DNA of 12,690 nt from Candidatus Hydrogenedentota bacterium (GTDB taxonomy: Bacteria; Hydrogenedentota; Hydrogenedentia; Hydrogenedentales; SLHB01): assembly GCA_029974275.1 (NCBI GenBank), contig JARKSN010000033.1, forward strand, positions 1 through 12,690, read 5' to 3'. Position 1 is the stretch's first letter. The number at the start of each line of letters is the position of its first letter. Under the pieces are notes generated by a model, which searched no databases, was not told the DNA's origin, and saw nothing but the letters and a program-made list of their open reading frames with translations. The position numbers were made by a program, and so were the translations under genes. Of this stretch, positions 1 to 7,083 are shown in pieces.

Positions 1-77
1 AAGCCAGCATCAAAGGAAAACGAAAAATCGCCGGATGGGACAACGACTACCTCAAGGAAATCCTCCTGGCTATGTGA
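1..77 (+). CDS. ISAs1-family transposase, C-terminal fragment (5' part outside the window)
   Basis: The frame starting at nt 3 reads ASIKGKRKIAGWDNDYLKEILLAM* (TGA 75-77). This matches the typical ISAs1/H-repeat transposase C-terminus (S-I-x-x-K-R-x-x-A-G-W-D-x-x-Y-L). It is too short to appear in the ORF track. Confidence 0.85.
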   Translation, partial: ASIKGKRKIAGWDNDYLKEILLAM

Positions 78-97
78 CTTTTAATGCGATAGCCCTG
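1..97 (+). mobile_element. Right end of an ISAs1-family insertion sequence
   Basis: The transposase stop is followed by TTTTAATGCGATAGCCCTG (79-97). Its reverse complement begins CAGGGCTATCGCATTAA, the CAGGGC-type ISAs1 terminal IR. The left end and TSD cannot be checked in this window. Confidence 0.8.
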
Positions 98-106
98 TAC
101 GAAACC

Positions 107-135
107 TTGACAACCACTTCGAGAATGGGTAAACT
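107..135 (+). promoter_or_regulatory. Sigma70-type promoter of the PEP-CTERM gene
   Basis: TTGACA (107-112), a 17-nt spacer, then TAAACT (130-135): a perfect -35, optimal spacing and a 4/6 -10, about 113 nt upstream of ATG 249. RBS GGAGG at 236-240. Confidence 0.7.
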
Positions 136-482
136 ATGAAATCTGGGGAGTCTATGAGAAATAGTGAACGAGATTCCCCGTTTTTGGGCGCGGCAACACG
201 ACTCGTGGGCTGCGTTGGTGCAACCGGAAAAAATGGGAGGATAGTGACATGGGTGCAGTGGCGAAAGGGGTGGCAATGGCGGCGATACTGGCTGTGGGAT
301 TCGCCGTCACGGCTCAGGCAACAGTCTTGACTTTCGACGACGTGGGGCCAAACATGACCGCCATTCCCAACGGCTATGGCGGTTTCGACTGGACGAATAT
401 GTCGGTTGCCGATAGTCGTGCAGACTACGACGCCTCGCCGGGATACGTCACGGGCGTGGTCTCCGATTATTTCACCGCGTAC

Positions 483-981
483 CACTATTGTCCCAACGTT
501 TTTGAATTGCTGTTTGCAGGGGATTGGTATTCAAGTGGTTAGAACCTAAAACTCGTTTTTCGATATTGAGTCAAGTGCCGATTCTTGGTCATCCTTGCGG
601 ATTCGCACGCAAGGAGGCACCTCAAGGATTCGCGCTCTCAAACGGTCTTCTCCCAGTTGATGGGCTTTCTCCCCAGGCACGCGTTCAACCAATGCGTCAA
701 GCGGTATCGTGGCAACCACAGGGTCCACACCTTCTACGGCACCTCCGAGAACGCCGTGAAGGCCCAAATCTGGATCGCCATCGCCACGTACGTGCTCGTG
801 GCCATCGTCAAAAAGCGCTTGGGCCTAGATCGGAGCCCCTACACAATTCTACAGATCTTGAGCGTGGCACTATTCGAGAAAACGCCCATTTTACGGGCAT
901 TTTCGCCAACCAACTGCGAATCTGAAAACATAGACTTCTCTAACCAATTGAATCTATTCGACTAACGTTGGGACAGTAGTG
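483..981 (+). mobile_element. 499-bp internally deleted (non-autonomous) IS4-family element
   Basis: Left TIR CACTATTGTCCCAACGTT (483-500) and right TIR AACGTTGGGACAGTAGTG (964-981) are 17/18 complementary. The element is flanked by the 9-bp direct repeat ACCGCGTAC (474-482, 982-990) and carries a fused transposase remnant. Confidence 0.93.
585..965 (+). pseudogene. IS4-family transposase remnant: DUF4372-like N-terminus fused in frame to the C-terminus, DDE core deleted
   Basis: N-terminal QTVFSQLMGFLPRHAFNQCVKRYRGNHRVHTF is joined directly to C-terminal YGTSENAVKAQIWIAIATYVLVAIVKKRLGLDRSPYTILQILSVALFEKTP...QLNLFD*. RBS AAGGAGG (611-617) precedes an in-frame AAG (624-626) where ATG is expected. 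The stop TAA overlaps the right TIR. Confidence 0.88.
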
Positions 982-1395
982 ACCGCGTACAATCAATGGG
1001 GGCATGTTGCGACGATTGCCGCTTCGACATTCACCTTCACCGGAGCCTATTTGACCGCCGCCTGGAATGAAGGCTTGAACATCGACGTTCTGGGCTACCG
1101 GAACGGGTCGCTGGTGTACAGCAGCACGGTCGTTGTCGATCCCTATGCGCCGACCTGGTTCGCCTTCAACTACGTGGACATAACCAGCCTCGTGATGCAA
1201 TCGTATGGCGGCGTCGACGTCATACCCGGAGGAGAGGGCGTGCATTTCGTCATGGACAATTTCACGTTCAACGAATCTCCGGTCGTTCCCGAACCCGCAA
1301 CGCTGTTGCTCTTGGGCGTGGGCATTGCCGGAATCGGAGTGCGCCGTTTCCGCCGCTAATCACCGGTAATCAAAGGCATACAGGACAGCATCATG

Positions 1396-1435
1396 CGCCT
1401 CTGCCATGATCCCCATGGCAGAGGCGTTTTATGTT
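1396..1435 (+). terminator. Rho-independent terminator after the PEP-CTERM gene
   Basis: Perfect 13-bp stem CGCCTCTGCCATG (1396-1408) / CATGGCAGAGGCG (1414-1426), 5-nt loop, followed by TTTTATGTT. Confidence 0.85.
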
Positions 1436-1496
1436 CCCGGGGGCGCGCCTTTCCGAGCAATCCATGGACGACAACGATCCGTCGATCGGGCCGATC

Positions 1497-1505
1497 TGGT
1501 ATAAT
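1497..1505 (+). promoter_or_regulatory. Extended -10 promoter element (TGnTATAAT) upstream of the zinc-ribbon/coiled-coil gene
   Basis: TGGTATAAT at 1497-1505, downstream of the terminator and ~135 nt upstream of the probable start. No consensus -35. Confidence 0.5.
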
Positions 1506-1638
1506 GCCCTAGGCCCCTGTGCGCTCTGAAGAGCCGGCCGTGCGTTGGAGGGGGATGCCATGCGTTCTGCGGGGAAAACATATTCCGTGGAAGGAATGCG
1601 CCAGCCAAGCGGTAATAGCCGGGAACGAGGATGGCCGA

Positions 1639-3345
1639 TTGATCGAATTTGACTGTCCATATTGTGGAAAACGCTTCGGCGTAAGCGAAGAGCACGCTGG
1701 CCGGGCAGGGAAGTGTCCGTCATGCCACAGCAGCATCGAAGTGCCTGCCCCGAACGGATCAGGACGATTTGATGATCTCAGCGCCGAGCAGCGCGTCGAA
1801 CTTCTTCTTCGCGGCATCCGCGACATCAGTCTGCGCTACCGGGAGCAGCGCGAGCAATTTCGAATCCTGCACGAAAAGGCGAAAGTCCTTCACAACACCG
1901 CCACCAAGGCTCTCCAGAAAAACCAAGAATTGCGCCTCGCAAAGGCTCAGCTCGGGGAAGCGCAGGCAATGCTCGCGGCGCTGCGCCAGGACTTGACGCA
2001 GACATCCCAAGCTCTTGGAACGGCGATCGAACAACGGGACCGATTCGCCGACGAAGTCAACGAACTCCGTCAAGAAATAGAACGTCTGGAAACTCTTGCC
2101 GCCGGATCCGAAGCCGTGCGCATCGAAGCGGCGCGCGCGAAAGAGCTTGAGGCGGAAGTGGCGCGCCTGCGCGAACACGTCTCGGACGTTCGCTTGGCCA
2201 GCGGCGCCGAAGTGGACCAGCGCATCGCCGCCTTGCGCGAGGAACTGGAGGCGCTGCATTCCGAGCGCGACGTCCTCCTGTTCCGCATAGAAGCCGCTGA
2301 AACCGGTCGTGTGCAAATGGACGCCGCTTGCAGACAAGCCGACACCGCCATGCAAGACATCCGGGACGAGCTAGGCAAGATGCACGAGTTCGAGGGACGT
2401 TGCGCCGCCCTGGAGACCGAACGCCTCGCCTTGCGCGAAGAAATGCGCGAAACTGCGGCTGCCGCACAACGCATTCAGGCCGAACTCCAGGAAACGATCA
2501 AGGCCTTGGGCGCGGCGGAGGCGCAAACCGACGAATACCGCCGTTCCAGAGACCGCGCCGCCGAAGAAAACGACATGCTGCGCGCCTCGTTGACGGCGAT
2601 TGAAGAGCGTTTTCGAGAGGTCGAATACCGCGCAGGAAAGGCCGATGTCTTTGAGCAAGAACGCAACACCGCGCAACGTCTTTGCCGTGAGCTTGAGGAT
2701 CAACTGGCGCAACTCCGGGAAGGATGGGGCCAACTTGCGCTCAACTCGGACCAGGCCGCCGCGCAGGCCGCTCAAGCCTTGCTCGACGCCCAACAAGCCG
2801 CCGAACATTTAGCGAACGAAAAAGCCTGCCGGGCTCAAACAGAATCGGAACTGGCGCGCGCCGTGGAAGCGCGCGACGCGGTGCAAGCGCGTCTCGACGA
2901 AACCCGAAGTCGTCTCTCCCTTCTCGAAGAAACGGAGCGCGACGCACGCGACGCCTCCGCCCGGTTCCGAGAGTCCCAAGCGCACGTCGAACGCCTCACG
3001 ATCGAATTGGCGCAGTCGGCCCAGGCGCTTGGATCCGCCGAAGCCAAAGCGGACATTGCGACGCGGGAATTAGACAAAAAACAGGCCGAGGCGGATGAAC
3101 TTCGCGCGCGCCTCGATGCCGCATTGGCGGAGCAAACCTTCCCATGGAGAAACCGGACAGCAAGAAGCGAAGAGCAGGCGCCCAGCGAGAAAGAAACGGA
3201 AGATTGGGAAATGGAGGCCGTTCCGGAAGACGTGGAAAAAGAGCTGGAGTTTGTGCCCGAGGTGCTTGACGATGAGGCGCCCCTCAGCGACGAAATGATG
3301 AGGACCCTGTTGCGCTTCATTGCGCCTGAAGAGGAGAAACGGTAG
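1639..3345 (+). CDS. Zinc-ribbon-headed long coiled-coil protein (~568 aa), function unknown
   Basis: Probable TTG start at 1639 after RBS GAGGA (1627-1631); the ORF track extends to 1519. The N-terminus MIEFDCPYCGKRFGVSEEHAGRAGKCPSCHSSIEVP is a CxxC-x16-CxxC zinc ribbon. It is followed by ~450 aa of A/E/L/R/Q-rich heptad sequence, an acidic tail and a short terminal helix (DEMMRTLLRFIAP). No signal peptide or TM helix. Confidence 0.85.
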   Translation: MIEFDCPYCGKRFGVSEEHAGRAGKCPSCHSSIEVPAPNGSGRFDDLSAEQRVELLLRGIRDISLRYREQREQFRILHEKAKVLHNTATKALQKNQELRLAKAQLGEAQAMLAALRQDLTQTSQALGTAIEQRDRFADEVNELRQEIERLETLAAGSEAVRIEAARAKELEAEVARLREHVSDVRLASGAEVDQRIAALREELEALHSERDVLLFRIEAAETGRVQMDAACRQADTAMQDIRDELGKMHEFEGRCAALETERLALREEMRETAAAAQRIQAELQETIKALGAAEAQTDEYRRSRDRAAEENDMLRASLTAIEERFREVEYRAGKADVFEQERNTAQRLCRELEDQLAQLREGWGQLALNSDQAAAQAAQALLDAQQAAEHLANEKACRAQTESELARAVEARDAVQARLDETRSRLSLLEETERDARDASARFRESQAHVERLTIELAQSAQALGSAEAKADIATRELDKKQAEADELRARLDAALAEQTFPWRNRTARSEEQAPSEKETEDWEMEAVPEDVEKELEFVPEVLDDEAPLSDEMMRTLLRFIAPEEEKR

Positions 3346-3395
3346 AGGCCTGCCCGCGCCTGCAGACGCGCGGCAAGGACAGCCCAGAGGATTTC

Positions 3396-4142
3396 ATGCA
3401 AAAACTCATTGTCACCTGTGAATGCGGTCAGCGAATGCAGGTTCCCCGTTCCGCCATCGGACGAACGGGAATGTGCCCAACCTGTGGACGCACCATGGCC
3501 ATTTCGGCGGACAACAGCAGCCCGGCGACCTCCTCCCAGCAGCGCGGCCGGTTCTTTTCGGCCAAGACGAGTTGGTGGCGCGGAGGCGCGGCCGCCGTCT
3601 CGCCGACGGACGACGCTAAACGAAAGTTCGGTCAAGCCGTGGACCTCTATTACGCGCGTCACTACGCCGAAGCATTGGCCATTTTCGACGATCTCCTCCG
3701 CCGTTATCCCGGAAACGCCGATATCGAAAGCGGTCGTCGCGAATGTCTCGCTTCCTTGCGACGTCCGCAACAAACCTTGGCGCTGGAGGACAAGGGGGCT
3801 TCCTCCTTCGGAAATGCTGGCGAAGAATTGAACGAGACCATGATCCGGCGCATTGTGTTGCACAAAATGCTGCACGGCTCCACCGACGCCGTCCAGCTTC
3901 AGGCTGCGGAGCTCGCGTGCAAACTGCTGGGACTGTTTGACGCCGATCGGCATGAAAAACGGACTCGTCCTGGGGATCGCGATCCACTCGCCCATCCCCA
4001 GACCGGCAACGGCGGCAACGGACGAGCGGACCGCGATCACGACGACGATGGAAACGGCGCCGCTGCACTCTCCCAGGAAAACGACAGCGACGGCGCGCTG
4101 CAGGAACGGGAGCCGCTCGATCGCACTGCGCCCGAAACATAG
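3396..4142 (+). CDS. Zinc-ribbon plus TPR-like protein (248 aa), function unknown
   Basis: RBS GAGGA before ATG. N-terminal CECGQRMQVPRSAIGRTGMCPTCG (CxC-x16-CxxC ribbon). TPR-like segment FGQAVDLYYARHYAEALAIFDDLLRRYPGNADIESGRRECL, a helical block (IRRIVLHKMLHG...QLQAAELACKLLGL) and a D/G/N-rich disordered tail. Confidence 0.8.
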   Translation: MQKLIVTCECGQRMQVPRSAIGRTGMCPTCGRTMAISADNSSPATSSQQRGRFFSAKTSWWRGGAAAVSPTDDAKRKFGQAVDLYYARHYAEALAIFDDLLRRYPGNADIESGRRECLASLRRPQQTLALEDKGASSFGNAGEELNETMIRRIVLHKMLHGSTDAVQLQAAELACKLLGLFDADRHEKRTRPGDRDPLAHPQTGNGGNGRADRDHDDDGNGAAALSQENDSDGALQEREPLDRTAPET

Positions 4143-4259
4143 GCCCCTCCCGCACGCAATCTGTTGCCGCATCCGTCGATGCCCGTGCGCAAGGGCGCGC
4201 CGAGGGCCGTTTCCACCGAGAGACACACGTGAAGAAGACAACAAGAGGAGTCTCCGCGA

Positions 4260-5426
4260 GTGGACGAATCGCGATACCGAGTGGCGCTGGACCTAAGCTG
4301 CGTCTACGAACAGCCACGAACAGGAGTCGGCTACGCCGGCCTCCATCTCGCGCGCGCCTTGCTCGCCCGCATGTCCGGCATCGACTTCCGCCTCTTCGCC
4401 ACGCGCCCCCGGAACGTTCCTGCACGTTTGCCGGAATTGGGGCTGCCCTTTTCACGGGAAACCGTCCTTCCCTATGCGCGCCGCTTGAAACGGATGCTTT
4501 GGACCACCCTCGAATGGCCGCCGATCGAATGCTTCACCGGCAACGTTCACATCGCCCACGATCTCTTCCATCAGCTCCCCGCAACACGTCGCGCCCGCCG
4601 AATGGTGACCGTCCACGACCTCTCGTTTTTCCGTCACCCCGACATGCACACCGAAGAAACCGTTCGACAACACACGCACCTGCTCCGCCACATCGCCCGA
4701 TCAGCCCACGCCTGCGTGGCCATTTCCCACAGTTGCAAAAACGACATGATCGAATTTTTGGCGATGGACTCCGACCGCATTCACGTCGTGCCGTGCGGCG
4801 TGGAAACGGCCGATTTCGAGGACCCTCTGGATGCAACACAACTAAAGAATCTCCAAGACCGACTCCGCATCGGTCCCCGCTACTTCATCCACCTCGGAAC
4901 CATCGAACCGCGAAAGAACCTCCCCCGACTCATCGAGGCCCACGCCCATTTGTTCGCGCGCCGCCGCGATTGCCCCAAACTCCTCCTCGTGGGAAAAATC
5001 GGCTGGAAAGCGGCAACCGCCCTTCAGGCCATCCAAGACGCCGGCGCTTCCGGCCGCCTCATCCACGCCGGTTACCTAAGCCGCTTCGACGCCGTGTCGC
5101 TCTTGCGCGGAGCCGTCGCATGCGTCTACCCATCGCTCTATGAAGGATTTGGCCTCCCAGCGCTCGAAGCCATGGCCGCACGCGTTCCGCTCATCACTTC
5201 CAACGTATCCGCCTTGCCCGAGGTCGTGGGCGACACGGCCGTGCAAATATCCCCCGACAATCTCGAAGAGTTGGAAGACGCTATGGAAAGCGTACTGGAG
5301 AATCACGAGTCTACCCGCCTCCGCGTACAACGTGCACACGCGCGCGCACTCGAAATGACCTGGGCGCGACGCGCCATCCAACTGGAGGCGATTTACGATA
5401 TGGAATATAGCAATTATCGCGCTTGA
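4260..5426 (+). CDS. Glycosyltransferase family 4 (GT-B fold, MtfB/WbaZ-like)
   Basis: Motifs TGVGYAG, VTVHDLSF, HLGTIEPRKNL and YPSLYEGFGLPALEAMAARVPLITSNVSALPEVVGD (ExFG-x4-E signature). RBS GAGGAG upstream of GTG. Confidence 0.93.
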   Translation: MDESRYRVALDLSCVYEQPRTGVGYAGLHLARALLARMSGIDFRLFATRPRNVPARLPELGLPFSRETVLPYARRLKRMLWTTLEWPPIECFTGNVHIAHDLFHQLPATRRARRMVTVHDLSFFRHPDMHTEETVRQHTHLLRHIARSAHACVAISHSCKNDMIEFLAMDSDRIHVVPCGVETADFEDPLDATQLKNLQDRLRIGPRYFIHLGTIEPRKNLPRLIEAHAHLFARRRDCPKLLLVGKIGWKAATALQAIQDAGASGRLIHAGYLSRFDAVSLLRGAVACVYPSLYEGFGLPALEAMAARVPLITSNVSALPEVVGDTAVQISPDNLEELEDAMESVLENHESTRLRVQRAHARALEMTWARRAIQLEAIYDMEYSNYRA

Positions 5427-5652
5427 AAGCCGATTCCCCTCTCACGCACTATGCACGCACGTGCGACTCGCGGCGGCGAAATAAGCGGCATTGAAGCAAG
5501 AGTCCTCCGCCAGAAATGCGCCGTGCGCGTCGCAAATCGCTTCACGGAGCGCATTGGAATACATCCGTATACACCTATGTTAACCATGGCGTGCAAAGAC
5601 GATCTAACGCGAGAGCAGTGCAGAGCAAAAGGGGAAGCGTGAGGTGCGAGTC

Positions 5653-6444
5653 GTGACATCTAAAAAACGTTGGCAAGAAATATACCAGGGCGACAATCCG
5701 CTGACGTTGGCACAACAAGTCGCCCAACAACTCAAGACGTGTTCGCAAGCGCAAAACAATGCGTCCCCGGAAAATCTCAAATATCTGTGGCTGTATTTAT
5801 CCGAAGACGGCGGGAACGAGCAGAAGGACGACCAACCCGTCTACATCGACGCCGTCAAACGCTTGGACGTCGAAAACTGGCTGAACATAATCGACGAGGC
5901 CGCAACATTGGGAGCGGACTCCCTCATCATCACCGTAGGCGAATCCCTTGCGCAACACCCAGAGGTTTGGGAAATCGCCGGATGGGCCCAATCCGCTCAC
6001 AACATCCACGTGGGCATACATGTATGCGAAGGAAGCGTCAGCGAACACGAACGGGCCCGCCTGCGAAATCTCGACCCCCAAAAAACATGCATCTTTGCCG
6101 AACACGAAGCAATGCAGGCGCTGCAACCCCTCCAGCAATTCGGCTTCAAAGTCATTGCCGCCGAAGGCCAAGACCAGCCGGCTGTCCACCCCACCTGCCA
6201 TCTTCCAGAAATCATGGCCTGCATCGGCGCTTCAGGCGTTATGTACACCTGCGGCCTCGTTCTCGGCCATCAACAATTCCGCATGGGCCACTGCAACGAA
6301 AATCGCTTTGATTCACTCATGGAAAACCCCACAGCTCCACACATCGTTCCCGAAGGGTTCTCCAAACTCAAACGAGGCTGCAACGGGTGTCCGCCTTTGA
6401 TGTACCAAAAGCTGCGCGACAACGAACAAGGCGGCGCGCAATAA
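5653..6444 (+). CDS. Radical SAM/SPASM(Twitch)-like protein lacking the CxxxCxxC motif
   Basis: Probable GTG start at 5653 after GAGGTG; the ORF track starts at 5644. LKYLWLYLS, LDVENWLNIIDEAATLGADSLIITVGESLAQHPEVWEIAGWA and IHVGIH resemble PqqE/MftC-type radical SAM cores. C-terminal CHLPEIMACIGASGVMYTC...FRMGH...CNGC resembles SPASM/Twitch. Confidence 0.7.
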   Translation: MTSKKRWQEIYQGDNPLTLAQQVAQQLKTCSQAQNNASPENLKYLWLYLSEDGGNEQKDDQPVYIDAVKRLDVENWLNIIDEAATLGADSLIITVGESLAQHPEVWEIAGWAQSAHNIHVGIHVCEGSVSEHERARLRNLDPQKTCIFAEHEAMQALQPLQQFGFKVIAAEGQDQPAVHPTCHLPEIMACIGASGVMYTCGLVLGHQQFRMGHCNENRFDSLMENPTAPHIVPEGFSKLKRGCNGCPPLMYQKLRDNEQGGAQ

Positions 6445-6610
6445 TAGGCAAAACAGAAACCTGGTAGAACTCGCTGCATGCCCCTGCTTTCCTCCCCAAC
6501 GCTCCGTCTTCCCTGATCTGCGCCACGCATCCCCTTCACGCCACAGAGAAAAATAATCGTACCTCGCCAATCCCTCCGGCGAGATCGACCCCGGGGATTT
6601 CGGCGCCGAC

Positions 6611-6815
6611 CCAAATCCGCGCGTAAGAACGGGGCCTCGTGGGCGGGCCCTGAATTGAGTACCGCAAATGTTGAGTAATCGCGCACTGGATGGGCCGCAC
6701 ATCTGCCAAGAGTCTCTTGATCTTGTTGGCGATGCACAAGTGGCGTTGCAGCTCGGCAGAATAAGGCCAAGATCAGTGTCGTACAAGAATCCGAACTTCT
6801 TACGCGCGGATTTGG
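6611..6815. mobile_element. ~205-bp MITE-like non-autonomous element
   Basis: Perfect 19-bp TIRs CCAAATCCGCGCGTAAGAA (6611-6629) / TTCTTACGCGCGGATTTGG (6797-6815), flanked by the direct repeat CGCCGAC (6604-6610, 6816-6822). No coding capacity recognised. The ends are ambiguous by 1-2 bp because the direct repeat extends to GGCGCCGAC. Confidence 0.8.
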
Positions 6816-7083
6816 CGCCGACATGGCATCTGGAACTGCTTTTCCAAAAAGAGTATAGTAAAGACACGTTGGCTTGTCTGCCGCGACACATGTGGTTGTG
6901 GCGATCCGGGCTGTGTCGCGTATATGTTGTGTTAAGTCGGGCATTACATGGCTTCTTGGATATCTCGCCCCGGAAGCTGTCCCTTGAGGAGGCAAAGAAC
7001 GCGTGCGTTCCATTGATGCGGCCGCCCGACGGCTGTATGCTGGCGGGAATGAGAGTGGCGCGAGTGCATCGCGTGCGTGGCCA

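Larger units (their letters stand above)
474..990. repeat. 9-bp target-site duplication ACCGCGTAC (474-482 and 982-990)
   Basis: Exact direct repeat immediately outside both TIRs. Confidence 0.93.
249..1359 (+). pseudogene. PEP-CTERM (exosortase-target) surface protein gene, interrupted by an IS4-derived insertion
   Basis: The 5' part (249-482) encodes a signal peptide (MAAILAVGFAVTAQA|TVLTFDD) and GYGGFDW. The 3' part (991-1359) ends in VPEPATLLLLGVGIAGIGVRRFRR (VPEP, TM helix, basic tail). Removing 483-990 (element plus one TSD copy) joins the parts in frame (...SDYFTAY|NQWGHV...) to give a 200-aa ORF. Confidence 0.9.

Noticed and set aside
100..248. Sigma54/PrsR-type regulation, known for proteobacterial PEP-CTERM genes
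   Set aside because: No convincing TGGCAC-N5-TTGC motif seen. A sigma70 consensus explains the region.
524..925. Alternate-frame ORF in the mini-IS suggesting programmed frameshifting
   Set aside because: Both recognisable transposase segments lie in the single 585-965 frame, and this frame has no transposase features.
1639..3345. Annotation as an SMC / chromosome segregation ATPase
   Set aside because: No Walker A/B, signature or hinge motifs. The similarity would come only from coiled-coil composition.
2835..4244. 469-aa minus-strand ORF (similarly 4229-5143 +, 6270-7529 -, 3616-4455 -, 11129-11920 +)
   Set aside because: Shadow or alternate-frame ORFs overlapping well-supported genes in GC-rich DNA. 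They are R/S/P/G-rich with no recognisable domains.
5451..5642. 63-aa ORF ending just before the radical-SAM-like gene, considered as a RiPP precursor
   Set aside because: No clear RBS, leader or core motif. It overlaps the likely promoter region, and the adjacent enzyme lacks its catalytic motif. It would need conservation evidence.
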